From contig JAPSGB010000009.1 in assembly GCA_035063585.1 (NCBI GenBank), forward strand, positions 1 through 64,000: DNA of 64,000 nt. Direction: 5' to 3'. Below, piece by piece: positions 1 through 9,673 of this stretch (positions are counted from its first letter, which is position 1; each line of letters begins with the position of its first letter). Below the pieces are notes generated by a model, which was not told the DNA's origin, searched no databases, and saw nothing but the letters and a program-made list of their open reading frames with translations. A program made the position numbers and the translations under genes. This DNA is from Polyangiaceae bacterium (GTDB lineage: Bacteria > Myxococcota_A > Polyangia > Polyangiales > Polyangiaceae).

Positions 1-2
1 GC

Positions 3-165
3 GGCGGTGGTGGCGGCGGCTACGGCGGCGGCGGCGGGGATCGCTTCGGCGGCGGTGGTGGCGGCGGCTACGGCGGCGGCGGCGGGGATCGCTTCGGCGG
101 CGGTGGTGGCGGCGGCTACGGTGGCGGGGGCGGCGATCGCTTCGGCGGCGGTGGCGGCGGCTTCG
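3..165 (+). repeat. 48-bp tandem repeat, ~3 copies, encoding [16 protein letters not shown]
   Basis: TAC codons recur at 21, 69 and 117 with near-identical flanks. Confidence 0.85.
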
Positions 166-518
166 GGGACCGCGGCCCGCGCGGCGGCGGCCGCTTCGAT
201 CGCGACCGGGATCGCGACGGCGACGGGCTCGACACGCGCAGCGTGAAGGCGCGCCTGCGCGCGAAGGCGCGCAAGAAGGCCCGCAAGCTGCGCAAGAAGA
301 CCTTCCGCGGCCCGAAGGTCTCGCGCCTCACGACCGACAAGGGCCTCGTCATCGACTACAAGGATCCGCGCGTGCTCCGCATGTTCCTCACGGAGACGGG
401 CAAGATCCTCCCGCGCCGGATCTCGGGCAACACCGCGCGCCAGCAGCGCGAGGTGGTCGAGGCCGTGAAGCGTGCGCGCCACCTGGCGCTGCTGCCGTAC
501 GGAGAGTCCGTCCTCTAG
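3..518 (+). CDS. rpsR: 30S ribosomal protein S18 with in-frame Gly-rich N-terminal extension (5' end outside window)
   Basis: [42 protein letters not shown] is the S18 signature; frame is open from position 3 ([14 protein letters not shown] repeats) into the 243..518 ORF. Confidence 0.93.
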   Translation, partial: GGGGGGYGGGGGDRFGGGGGGGYGGGGGDRFGGGGGGGYGGGGGDRFGGGGGGFGDRGPRGGGRFDRDRDRDGDGLDTRSVKARLRAKARKKARKLRKKTFRGPKVSRLTTDKGLVIDYKDPRVLRMFLTETGKILPRRISGNTARQQREVVEAVKRARHLALLPYGESVL

Positions 519-695
519 GGCGCGGGCGGATCGCTCCTCGGATCCGGGAGTGTCGCGGACCAGCCGCTGGGCGGCGCGAACCCCTCGCTCGCCGGGACGT
601 CGCACGCGCTCGCGTCCTCGGCAGCGTCGCTGGTAGCATGGCCTCGCTCTGCGTGCGGGCCGCAGCCGCCGCGGCACCGCGGAGGCGGGATCACG

Positions 696-2273
696 ATGAC
701 CGGGGCCGACAGCCTGATCCGGACCGCGCGCGCTGCCGGCGTCGAGGTGTGCTTCGCGAACCCGGGCACGACCGAGATGCCGCTCGTCGCGGCGCTCGAC
801 CGCGTGCCGGGCGTGCGTCCGGTGCTCGGGCTCTTCGAGGGCGTCTGCACGGGCGCCGCCGACGGCTACGCGCGGATGGCCGGGCGCCCGGCCCTCGCGC
901 TGCTGCACCTCGGGCCGGGCCTCGCCAACGGGCTTGCGAACCTGCACAACGCGCGGCGCGCCGGGACGCCGGTCCTCGTCGTGGTCGGCGACCATGCGAG
1001 CTGGCACCTGGGCGCGGATCCGCTGCTCGCCTCGGACATCGTGTCGCTCGCCAACCCGGTGTCGGGCTGGGTGCGCGCGGTGCGCCGGCCGGCCGACGTC
1101 GCGGCCGACACCGCCGCGGCGCTCGAGGCGGCGTGCGCGCCTCCCGGGCGGGTCGCCACCCTGATCGTTCCGGCCGACTGCCAGTGGGAGGAGGTCGAGG
1201 GCGCGCCCGTGGCGGTGCGCACGAGCGCGCCCGCGCCGGTGTCGCAGGACCGTGTCGAGGCCACCGCCCGCCTGCTGCGTGCCGGCGCGGATCGCGTGGC
1301 GCTGCTCGTCGGCGGTGCGGCCCTCGGCGCGCGCGGGCTGCGGGCGGCCGCGCGGGTGCGCGCCGCGAGCGGGGCGCGCATCCTGAGCGACACCTTCGTG
1401 GCCCGGCTCGAGCGCGGCGCCGGGCTGCCCGAGACCGAGCGCCTTCCGTACTTCCCGGAGCAGGCGGTGGCGGCGCTCGCCGGGCTGCGTGCGCTCGTGC
1501 TCTGCGGCGCGCGCGAGCCGGTGGCCTTCTTCGGCTACCCCGGCCAGCCGAGCCGGCTCGCGCCCGAGGGCTGCGAGCGGATCGCGCTCGCGGCGCCGGA
1601 GGAGGACGGCGTCGGCGCGCTCGAGGCGCTCGCCGATGCGCTCGGCGCGCCGGCGAGCCTGCCCGCCGACCCGCCGCGCCCGCGCCCCGCCCTGCCCTCG
1701 GGCGCACTCGACGGCGCGACGCTCGGGCAGGTGCTCGCGGCCCTCCAGCCCGAGGGCGCGATCGTCGTCGACGAGGGCCTCACCTCGAGCGCCCCGTGGT
1801 TCGCGGCGGCGGCGGGCGCGCCCCCGCACACGGTGCTCGGTCTCACCGGGGGCGCGATCGGCCAGGGGCTCCCGTGCGCAGCGGGAGCGGCGGTGGCGTG
1901 CCCCGATCGCAAGGTGATCGCGCTCCAGGCGGACGGCTCGGGCATGTACACGCTCCAGGCGCTCTGGACGATGGCACGCGAGGGACTCGACGTCGTCGTC
2001 GTCGTGTGCGCGAACCGCAGCTACCGGATCCTCCAGATCGAGCTCGCCCGCGCCGGCGTCACCGACCCGGGGCCCGCCGCGCGCGCGCTCGCCGACCTCG
2101 GCCACCCCGAGCTCGACTGGACCGCGCTCGCCCGCGGCCTCGGCGTCCCCGCGACGCGCGTCACCGACGCCGACGCCTTCGCCAAGGAGCTCTCCCGCGC
2201 CCTCGCCGAGCCCGGCCCCGCCCTGATCGAGGTGGCAGGGGGACAGACCCGGCGATCCGGCGATTCTCCCTGA
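696..2273 (+). CDS. Thiamine pyrophosphate-dependent enzyme, acetolactate synthase large subunit-like
   Basis: FANPGTTE, LFEGVCTGAADGYAR, LHLGPGLANG and TPP-binding motif ADGSGMYT...N. Confidence 0.9.
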   Translation: MTGADSLIRTARAAGVEVCFANPGTTEMPLVAALDRVPGVRPVLGLFEGVCTGAADGYARMAGRPALALLHLGPGLANGLANLHNARRAGTPVLVVVGDHASWHLGADPLLASDIVSLANPVSGWVRAVRRPADVAADTAAALEAACAPPGRVATLIVPADCQWEEVEGAPVAVRTSAPAPVSQDRVEATARLLRAGADRVALLVGGAALGARGLRAAARVRAASGARILSDTFVARLERGAGLPETERLPYFPEQAVAALAGLRALVLCGAREPVAFFGYPGQPSRLAPEGCERIALAAPEEDGVGALEALADALGAPASLPADPPRPRPALPSGALDGATLGQVLAALQPEGAIVVDEGLTSSAPWFAAAAGAPPHTVLGLTGGAIGQGLPCAAGAAVACPDRKVIALQADGSGMYTLQALWTMAREGLDVVVVVCANRSYRILQIELARAGVTDPGPAARALADLGHPELDWTALARGLGVPATRVTDADAFAKELSRALAEPGPALIEVAGGQTRRSGDSP

Positions 2274-2301
2274 GAATCGCCGGATCGCCGGGTCTGTCCC
2301 C
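2239..2301. repeat. Perfect 30-bp inverted repeat with 3-nt loop (REP/REPIN-like or terminator-like)
   Basis: GGGGACAGACCCGGCGATCCGGCGATTCTC-cct-GAGAATCGCCGGATCGCCGGGTCTGTCCCC; arms 2239-2268 and 2272-2301. Confidence 0.9.
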
Positions 2302-2306
2302 GCGCC

Positions 2307-2336
2307 TTGACGTGCGGCGACGGGCAGTGGTATACG
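2307..2336 (+). promoter_or_regulatory. Putative sigma70 promoter for the riboswitch operon
   Basis: TTGACG-N18-TATACG with TG extended -10, directly upstream of the riboswitch. Confidence 0.6.
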
Positions 2337-2354
2337 CGCACGACAACCGAATGA

Positions 2355-2572
2355 ACGCGGATGGTGACTCCCGGCACGCGCCCAGCGGCCGGAGCCGGGA
2401 GCAGGATCCGGGCGGCGGCACGGAGTCGCCGCCAGGGCCTGCGGGAAGTCGGTGCGAATCCGACGCGAGCCCGTCGCTGTGACCGGGGACGGACGCGGAA
2501 CGACGCCACTGGCGCGCGAGCGCCGGGAAGGCTCCGCGAACGGACGATCCGGAAGCCAGAAGACCGGCCCTC
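2355..2572 (+). ncRNA. Cobalamin (B12) riboswitch
   Basis: Ordered hallmark motifs GGGAAgtcGGTGcgAATCCg..CTGTga..GCCACTGg..GGGAAGG..AAGCCAGAAGACCgGCC upstream of a TonB-dependent receptor; boundaries approximate. Confidence 0.92.
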
Positions 2573-2734
2573 CGCGACCGTGGCTCGATCCTCTTCCGGT
2601 GCCGAAGGGGACGGCGGCGCCGCAGCCCCTGCGGCGCTCCCCGCCTCGCACCGGAACGGCTCGACCACCGACGGGCCGGCGCATCGCCGCCGGCACGACC
2701 CACTGGCGCTCGAGGTCGGCGCGGCGGGGAGGCG

Positions 2735-4864
2735 ATGGTCGCAGCGGTCGGACCGGCACGGAACGGATGGCGCGCGGGCACACTCGCGACGCTCGCGGCG
2801 GGCGGCCTCCTGCTCGTCGCGCCGGCCGCCGCGCAAGAGCGCGGGACGCAGGACGCCGTCGCGCAGGACCCCGGCGCGGAGACGCCCGGCGCCCAGCCTC
2901 CCGACGGTCGCGCCCTTCCGGCCGTCCCGCCGCCCGCTTCGGTCCTGCGCCGCCTGCGCGAGATCGTGGCCCGCGGCGGCGCGCGCCCGAGCCCGCTCCC
3001 CGACGACCCCACCGCCTTCACGACCGTCCTGCGCGCCGCCGACTACGACGGCGAGGCCACCACCACCGACGAGCTCCTCGGCCGCGCGCCCGGCGTGCAG
3101 CTGCGCCGCTTCGGCGGCCCCGGCGCGCCGACGGAGGTCTCGATCCGCGGCTCGACCGCGAGCCAGGTGGTCGTCGCCTTCGACGGCATCCGCCTCGACA
3201 CCGCCCAGTCCGGCCACGCCGACCCCTCGACCGTGCCGCTCGCGTTCCTCGACCGCATCGAGGTCGCGCGCGGCGGCGGCTCGGCGCAGGCCGGGAGCAA
3301 CGCGATCGGCGGCGTCGTCGATCTCGTGCCGCTGCGCCCGGGAGGCCCGAGCCGCACGCGCTCGACGGGCACCCGCGGCGCCTACGACACCTGGCAGGGA
3401 TCCCTCACCCGCACCGGGACGGCGGCGGGCTTCGACTACGCGCTCGGCTACGACGGCTTCCGCACCGACGGCGACTGGGAGTTCGACCGCCTGCCGCGCC
3501 TGACCGGCTTCGGCCTGGTCCTCCCGGTGCCCGAGCGCGCCGAGCGCATCAACAACGAGGCCGAGCGCCACGCCACGCTCGCGACCCTCGCGCGCAGCTT
3601 CGGCGAGCACGCCCAGCTCACCGTGCGCGATCACCTCTTCTACCAGTCGCGCGGCGTCCCCGGCCTCGACGACGGCAGCAATGCCCAGGCCGGCCAGCGC
3701 GCCGAGGCGCACGAGCGGAGCGTCCGCCATCTCGCGCTCGCCCGCCTCGACGCCGCCGAGATCGGCGGCACGCCCGTGGGCGCGCGGCTCGAGCTCGCGC
3801 ACCTCTGGGAACGCCAGCGCTTCCGCGATCCCGAGCCCGTGGCCCGCCTGGGCCGCGCGGTCGACGTCGACGACCGCAACGCGACCCTCACCCTGCGCGG
3901 CGGCCTCGACGCCGAGCACGACCTCGGGCCGCTCCACCAGCGCGTGTCGGCCTCGCTCGAGCACCGCCGCGACGCGCTCGACGCGCCCGACTTCGGCGAT
4001 CCGAGCCGCGAGACCTTCGCGTGGCTCGTGCAGGACGACCTCTCCCTGCTCGAGGGCCGCGTGCGGCTCGCCCCGGCCCTGCGCTGGGAGGACACCGAGG
4101 GCTTCGGCGGGCGCTGGATCCCGCGCGCGGGCCTGCTCGTCGAGCCGCTCCCGGGCCTGCGCCTGCGCGCGAACCTGGAGCGCGCCTACCGCGCACCGAG
4201 CTTCGACGAGCTCTACTTCCCGGACCAGGGCTTCCTGCGCGGCAACCCGGGCCTCGCGCCCGAGGAGTCCACCGACGGCGACGTCGGCGTCGAGCTGGCC
4301 TGGGACCGGCTCGGACCCCTCTCCGCCCTGCGCCTCGAGGCCGTCTGGTTCCACCGCGACATCGACGATTCGATCGTGTGGGTGCTCGTGAGCCCCTCGC
4401 TCGTCGAGCCGCACAACACGGGACCGGCCTCCGCCAAGGGCTGGGAGCTCACGGGCTCCCTGCGCCTCTTCGACTGGGTCGAGCTCTCGGCCAACCACAC
4501 CCGCCTCGACACCGAGCTCGACGCGACCGGCACGCCGCTCCCCGGCCGGGCGGAGCGCGAGACGAACCTGCGGCTCGCGGTCGGCCCGCCCTCGGGCGCG
4601 GCGCGCGTGATCGTCGAGCGGCAGGAGGTGTCCGAGATCCCGGTGACCCCGACCGGGAGCACCCTGCTCCCGGAGCGCACCACCTGGGACGCCACGCTCT
4701 GGGTGGACCTCGCGCACCTGCCGCGCCTGCGCGAGCGCCTGCCGCTCGACTCGCTCCGGCTCGGCTTCGAGGTGGCGAACCTGAGCGACGAGCTCGTGCG
4801 CGACGCCGAGTACTTCCCGCAGCCGGGCCGGACCTGGCTCGTGCACCTGGAGGGCCACTGGTGA
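2735..4864 (+). CDS. btuB: TonB-dependent receptor, probable cobalamin transporter
   Basis: Plug motifs SIRGS..DGIRL..DRIEVARGG..AIGGVV; RAPSFDELYF..GNPGLAPE; C-terminal PGRTW..W; first gene behind B12 riboswitch. Confidence 0.85.
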   Translation: MVAAVGPARNGWRAGTLATLAAGGLLLVAPAAAQERGTQDAVAQDPGAETPGAQPPDGRALPAVPPPASVLRRLREIVARGGARPSPLPDDPTAFTTVLRAADYDGEATTTDELLGRAPGVQLRRFGGPGAPTEVSIRGSTASQVVVAFDGIRLDTAQSGHADPSTVPLAFLDRIEVARGGGSAQAGSNAIGGVVDLVPLRPGGPSRTRSTGTRGAYDTWQGSLTRTGTAAGFDYALGYDGFRTDGDWEFDRLPRLTGFGLVLPVPERAERINNEAERHATLATLARSFGEHAQLTVRDHLFYQSRGVPGLDDGSNAQAGQRAEAHERSVRHLALARLDAAEIGGTPVGARLELAHLWERQRFRDPEPVARLGRAVDVDDRNATLTLRGGLDAEHDLGPLHQRVSASLEHRRDALDAPDFGDPSRETFAWLVQDDLSLLEGRVRLAPALRWEDTEGFGGRWIPRAGLLVEPLPGLRLRANLERAYRAPSFDELYFPDQGFLRGNPGLAPEESTDGDVGVELAWDRLGPLSALRLEAVWFHRDIDDSIVWVLVSPSLVEPHNTGPASAKGWELTGSLRLFDWVELSANHTRLDTELDATGTPLPGRAERETNLRLAVGPPSGAARVIVERQEVSEIPVTPTGSTLLPERTTWDATLWVDLAHLPRLRERLPLDSLRLGFEVANLSDELVRDAEYFPQPGRTWLVHLEGHW

Positions 4865-6516
4865 GGGAACCCGCGCGGAGACTTCTCGCAGCCACGGCCT
4901 GCGCGGCGCTGCTGCTCGGGCTGCTTCCGGCGCACGCCGCGATCATCGTCGGCTCCTCGGACCCGCGCTGCATCTCGCTGCCGGGCCCCTTCCCGCCGGG
5001 TCTCGACTGGATCGACGCGACCAGCGCCCTCGGCCTCGTCGCGAACTCCGAGAACATGGCGATCGTGCGCCCGGTCGACCTCGGGACCACGCCGCCCACC
5101 CCCACCGCCCCGGGCAACCTCTTCGACCTGCGCCCCGCGATCGCGTCGGCCAACGGGTGCAGCGCGAACCGCTACCCGATCCTCGACGGCGTCACGGTCG
5201 CGAGCCCGGCCCTGGCCCTGGTCACGACGAGCACCTGCGAGACCGTGGCCTTCCTGGACCCGCTCGCGGGGACCCTGCGCAACGGGACGGTCTCGACCCC
5301 GGCCGGCTTCGCGGCGGGCGTCTTCCCGCTCCTCCCGCCCCCCGGCACGAGCGCCACCCGCGCCGCGCTCTCGACGCGCATGTGCGTCGCCCTCCCGCCC
5401 GGAACGCTCGACTCGAAGGGGGTGCCGGTCGCGAGCGACTGCGGCGCCGGCGCACCGAGCTTCTACACGAACTTCAGCTCCGGCGCGGCGGTCGCGGCGG
5501 GCCGGCTCTTCGTCACCAGCTCGAACCTCGGCGCCGGCGCCGGCACGCTCGCGCCCCAGTTCCTGCCCGGTACCGTGCTCGTCTACGAGCTCGGCGACGC
5601 GCCGCTCGCCGCCGCGCCGCACCCGACGACCCCCGTCCTGCGCACGAGCGCCTTCAACCCCACCCACGCGACGGCCTACACGACGCCGCACGGGCGCGAA
5701 CTCGTGCTGGTCGGCGCGAGCGGCGCCCTCGGCCTCGTCAGCGACGATCCCGGCACCCCCTACCGCGAGGCCGGGGGCGTGGCCCTCAGCGAGGCCGCGA
5801 TCGACGTGATCGACGCGACGCAGCTCCGGGTCGTCGCCACGATCCCGCTCGGGCTCGCGGCGCTCGCCTTCGAGCGCCTCGGCATCGATCCGAGCGGCCG
5901 GGTCGCGCTGATCGGCTCCGCCCTCGCCCGCCACGTCTACGCCGCCGACCTGGCCCCCCTCGACGCGCTCGCGCCGGACGCACCCTACCTCGTCCTCGAC
6001 GGCGCGGAGGGCCGCCCCGCGGCGGCGATCTTCGACGCCGGCCACCCGCTCGTCCTGCCCGGGATCGCGAACGGCGCGCCGCCGGAGACCTGCCCGGGCT
6101 TCGTCGTGGGCGTCGAGTTCGGCAGCACCCGGGACGCCTACGCGACCGACTTCTGTGACGGAACGATCACGCGGATCCGGATCCCCACGCCGGCCGGCCC
6201 CGCGCCGCTCGCGCGCGCGCGCTTCTCGGTGGAGGAGACGACGAAGGTCGCGGCGCCCGTGGGCCCCGCCTCGCTCGGGCAGGCGCAGGCGCTCGGCGCG
6301 CTGCGCGTCTTCACCGACCCGAGCAGCCGCACCCAGGCTGCCATCCTGGTCGGCCAGCCCGAGGGCCTGGTCTGCCGGGTCGAGGTGCCCGTGCCCGAGC
6401 CCGCCCCCACCGCGCTCGGCGCGGCGGCTTCCCTCGCGCTCTCGACGCTCGCTGCGCACCGTGCGCGGCCGCGCCGGCAGCGCCGATCGCAGCAGCAGGA
6501 GGAGGATCCCCGATGA
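4861..6516 (+). CDS. Secreted beta-rich (probable propeller) protein with PEP-CTERM-like sorting signal
   Basis: GTG start overlaps the receptor stop; signal peptide ending AHA; C-terminus VPEPAPTALG + hydrophobic stretch + Arg-rich tail. Confidence 0.8.
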   Translation: MREPARRLLAATACAALLLGLLPAHAAIIVGSSDPRCISLPGPFPPGLDWIDATSALGLVANSENMAIVRPVDLGTTPPTPTAPGNLFDLRPAIASANGCSANRYPILDGVTVASPALALVTTSTCETVAFLDPLAGTLRNGTVSTPAGFAAGVFPLLPPPGTSATRAALSTRMCVALPPGTLDSKGVPVASDCGAGAPSFYTNFSSGAAVAAGRLFVTSSNLGAGAGTLAPQFLPGTVLVYELGDAPLAAAPHPTTPVLRTSAFNPTHATAYTTPHGRELVLVGASGALGLVSDDPGTPYREAGGVALSEAAIDVIDATQLRVVATIPLGLAALAFERLGIDPSGRVALIGSALARHVYAADLAPLDALAPDAPYLVLDGAEGRPAAAIFDAGHPLVLPGIANGAPPETCPGFVVGVEFGSTRDAYATDFCDGTITRIRIPTPAGPAPLARARFSVEETTKVAAPVGPASLGQAQALGALRVFTDPSSRTQAAILVGQPEGLVCRVEVPVPEPAPTALGAAASLALSTLAAHRARPRRQRRSQQQEEDPR

Positions 6517-7511
6517 CGCGGAACCGATGGACGACCGGGATGGCGGCGGCAGCCGCTCTCGCACTGGCTGCACCGGCAGCGCGCGCGGTGCCGATCGCGC
6601 CCGGCTACACCGTCAGCGAGATCGCGCTGCCCGACTTCGCGGCAGGCGACGTCGTGGTGGTGGGCGACGCGCTCTTCGTCGGGGCCGGGCCCGGCTTCGT
6701 GGGCGGCGCGCAGTCGATCGTGCGCATCGACGCGGGCGGCACGACGGTCGTCGCGCAGGGCTTCCAGGGCCTCGGCGGGATCGCCTACGACGCCGCCAAC
6801 GACCGTCTGCTCGTCACCGACAACGCCCTCGAGGCCCCCTACGCGACGACCGGCGACACGGTCTACGCGATCGCGGCGCCGCTCGGCGCCTTCCCGGTGC
6901 CGGTCGCCGCGCTCGGCAGCGAGCTCCTGCCGGCGGGCGCGCTGCCGGGGATCGGCGACATCGAGCTCGACCCGGCCGACCCGAGCGGCCAGACGCTCCT
7001 CGCCACGGACTCGGTCGCGAACCAGGTGCAGCGCATCGCGCTCACGAGCGGCAGCGTGACGGCGCTCCACGCCACCTCCGGCTACGCCGCCGGCCTCGCC
7101 ACCGACGGCGCGACGCTCTGGTTCGGCGCGGTTGCCTACGACGCGCAGTTCGAGCCGGACGGCAGCGTCTCGGCGGTGGCCCTGCCCGGCACCGGCGCGG
7201 CCTCGCTCCTGGCCTCCGGCCTGCCGGGCCAGTACGACCTCGAGCTGGCGGGCGACGGCACCCTGCTCGCCACGGCCGGCGGGTCGCTCGTGCGCATCGA
7301 CCCCACGACCGGTGCGACGACGACGGTCGCGACGGGCTTCGGCTTCGCGACGGGCCTGTTCAGCGCGGGCGGCTCGATCTGGGTGCTCGACGGCGGCTTC
7401 CCCGGGACGGCCTCGGTGTACCGGCTCACGCCGGTGCCGGCACCGGCGGCGCTCCCCTTCCTCGGCGCAGGTCTGGTGCTGCTCGTGCAGCGCGCGCGGA
7501 GGACCTCGTGA
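6513..7511 (+). CDS. Secreted beta-propeller-like protein with PEP-CTERM variant (VPAP) sorting signal
   Basis: GGAGG SD, signal peptide, blade-like repeats (GIAYD, DIELD, DLELAGDG), VPAPAALPFLGAGLVLLVQRARR. Confidence 0.8.
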   Translation: MTRNRWTTGMAAAAALALAAPAARAVPIAPGYTVSEIALPDFAAGDVVVVGDALFVGAGPGFVGGAQSIVRIDAGGTTVVAQGFQGLGGIAYDAANDRLLVTDNALEAPYATTGDTVYAIAAPLGAFPVPVAALGSELLPAGALPGIGDIELDPADPSGQTLLATDSVANQVQRIALTSGSVTALHATSGYAAGLATDGATLWFGAVAYDAQFEPDGSVSAVALPGTGAASLLASGLPGQYDLELAGDGTLLATAGGSLVRIDPTTGATTTVATGFGFATGLFSAGGSIWVLDGGFPGTASVYRLTPVPAPAALPFLGAGLVLLVQRARRTS

Positions 7512-8605
7512 TGCGCGGGGGACTCGTTCCGGGCGCGCGCGCGCGACGCTGGCTGGCGCGGCTCGTCCCGATCCTCGCGATCGGAGCGACCTGCCAGCCG
7601 ACCGTCCAGCACTTCCAGCTCGTGACGCCCCAGCGCAACGAGGAGGTCACCTGGATGCCCCTCGACGTCGAGCTGCGCCTCGACGCGAACGCGCTGGTCT
7701 CGACGCTCGAGGTGCGTCTCGGTGGCACCGACGTGACGTCGCTGTTCAGCGTCGGCCCGCCGGTGGACGGCTGGCGCACGGTGCAGGCGAGCCGGATCTG
7801 GGACGGACTCGTCCTGCCCGGCGCCAACACGCTCGAGCTGCGCGTGCAGCTCCCGGGCGGAGCATTCACCAGCCTGACGGTCCCCTTCGAGACCGTGGGA
7901 GACCCCTACGCCGACGCGCTGGTCTCCTACCAGGTCGGCACCTACGGCGGCTTCCCGAGCCCGAGCTTCCTGCCGGGCATCGTGCTCGGGCCGCCGCACG
8001 GAGCCGGCCTGCTCCAGGGCGCCACCTCCGACGTGTTCTCGCTCGGCTTCGGGGGCTCGATGGTGCTGCAGTTCACCGACAACGTGATCGTCGACGGGCC
8101 GGGCGTCGATTTCACGGTCTTCGAGAACGCGTTCCTGGCCGAGAACCCGGCCACGCTCGTGATCGAGCGCGTGTTCGCGGATCCCGGCATCGTCGGCGTG
8201 AGCCAGGACGGGGTCGTGTGGCACGAATTCCCCTGCCAGCTCGTCGTGGATCCCGGTGCGGGCCTGATCTACCCGGGCTGCGCGGGGCGCATGCCCGTGC
8301 TCGCGAACGCGAGCCAGCCCGAGACGCCGCACGCCTCGATCCCGACCACCGTGCCGCTCGCCGCCCTGATCGGTCTGCCGAGCGAGCCGCCGCCCGAGCT
8401 CGACGGCTCCGGGGGCGACTCCTTCGACCTCACCGCGGTCGGACTCGGCTGGGCACGCTACGTGCGGATCCGCGACCCCGCCTTCGCGACCGGGGACCCC
8501 TACGGGCCCACCAACGCCGGCTTCGACCTCGACGCCGTCGCGGCGGTGCGGTCCGCGCCGGCCACCGACGCGAACGGGAACGGGCTACCGGACGCGGTCG
8601 AGTGA
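7511..8605 (+). CDS. Cell-surface protein, possible lipoprotein, with BtuH-like domain
   Basis: SLGFGG..FTDN.I.DGPGVDF.VFENAF..DPGIV.VSQDG..GGDSFDL..GFDLDAV motifs; lipobox-like GATC; terminal DANGNGLPD; BtuH similarity is from memory. Confidence 0.7.
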   Translation: MRGGLVPGARARRWLARLVPILAIGATCQPTVQHFQLVTPQRNEEVTWMPLDVELRLDANALVSTLEVRLGGTDVTSLFSVGPPVDGWRTVQASRIWDGLVLPGANTLELRVQLPGGAFTSLTVPFETVGDPYADALVSYQVGTYGGFPSPSFLPGIVLGPPHGAGLLQGATSDVFSLGFGGSMVLQFTDNVIVDGPGVDFTVFENAFLAENPATLVIERVFADPGIVGVSQDGVVWHEFPCQLVVDPGAGLIYPGCAGRMPVLANASQPETPHASIPTTVPLAALIGLPSEPPPELDGSGGDSFDLTAVGLGWARYVRIRDPAFATGDPYGPTNAGFDLDAVAAVRSAPATDANGNGLPDAVE

Positions 8606-9673
8606 GAGGGGCACGAAGCCCGAGGCCGCCTGCCAGCCGCTCGTCTCCCGGCGGTGCCCGCCGCCGAGGAGCAGGAGCGCCTCGCAGCCGGGCTCGGCCT
8701 CGAGCAGCCGCATGCCCTCCGCGGGCTCCAGCACCAGGAGCGCCTTCGAGAAGGCCTCCGCCGAGGTGGCGTCCGGTGCGAGCACGACCGCCTGCGCGGC
8801 GCGCACGAGCGGCTCGCCGCTGCGCGGGTCGAGGACGTGCCCGTAGCGGCGCCCGCCGATCTCGACCGACTGGCCGAGGCTGCCCGACACCGAGACCGCG
8901 CGGTCGCGCAGGGTCATCGTGCCCGCGTAGCCGCCGTCGGGATCGCGCACCAGGAGCCGCCAGCCCGGCTCCGCGGGCGGCGCGCCGATCGCCCACAGGC
9001 TGCTCTGCCCGAAGGAGAGGAGCGCAGCACCGATGCCGGCCGCGCGGAGGATCCCGGCCATGCGGTCGAGCGCCCAGCCCTTGGCGATCCCGCCGAGCTC
9101 GACCGAGGCGCCCGCGTGCACGAGCTCGGCGGTGCCGGCCTCGACGTCCACGCGCAGGCCCTCCGCGCCCACCCGCGCGCGGGCGCGCGCGCGCTCGGCG
9201 CGCGACGGCAGGCGCCCGCGCTCGGCGGCCGTGCGCCACAGGCGCACCAGCGGGCCGACCGTCACGTCGAAGGCGCCCCGCGTGCGGCGCGTGAGCGCGA
9301 CCGACGCCGCCAGCACCCGTGCCAGCTCCGGGTCCACCCGCTGCGGGCCGCGGCCGGCGGCCGCCTCGAAGCGCGCGAGCGCGCCCTCGGGATCCCAGTT
9401 GCTGAGCAGGGGCTCGAGGCGCGCGGCCTCGGCGAAGGCGCGCTCGATGGCCGCCCGCCCGCTCGCCGGGTCGGCGGCGGCGACCGTGATCTCGAGCACG
9501 GTCCCCATCGCGTAGCGGCCGTCGGAGACGAGCGCCGGTGCGGCCCCGGTGGCCGCGGGCGCATCGGCCGCGGGCGCGGTGGCCGGCGGCGCGGGAGCCG
9601 GTGGGGCAGTGGTGCGCGACGCGCAGCCGGCCAGGATCGCCGCCAGCGCGAGCGCCGCCGCGCGCCCGGTCAG
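8585..9673 (-). CDS. apbE: FAD:protein FMN transferase lipoprotein (start uncertain)
   Basis: AMGT, AFDVTVGPL..W, LGGIAKGWA.D, SVSGS, HVLDPRSG, AEAFSKAL; lipobox LAGC. Confidence 0.92.
   Translation of the reverse strand: MTGRAAALALAAILAGCASRTTAPPAPAPPATAPAADAPAATGAAPALVSDGRYAMGTVLEITVAAADPASGRAAIERAFAEAARLEPLLSNWDPEGALARFEAAAGRGPQRVDPELARVLAASVALTRRTRGAFDVTVGPLVRLWRTAAERGRLPSRAERARARARVGAEGLRVDVEAGTAELVHAGASVELGGIAKGWALDRMAGILRAAGIGAALLSFGQSSLWAIGAPPAEPGWRLLVRDPDGGYAGTMTLRDRAVSVSGSLGQSVEIGGRRYGHVLDPRSGEPLVRAAQAVVLAPDATSAEAFSKALLVLEPAEGMRLLEAEPGCEALLLLGGGHRRETSGWQAASGFVPLSLDRVR

Noticed and set aside
2452..6516. Apparent giant proteins (1354 aa here; also 14274..18470, 14568..18635, 32095..35223)
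   Set aside because: Only the 3' parts look like real proteins; the upstream parts overlap other genes, so starts were reassigned
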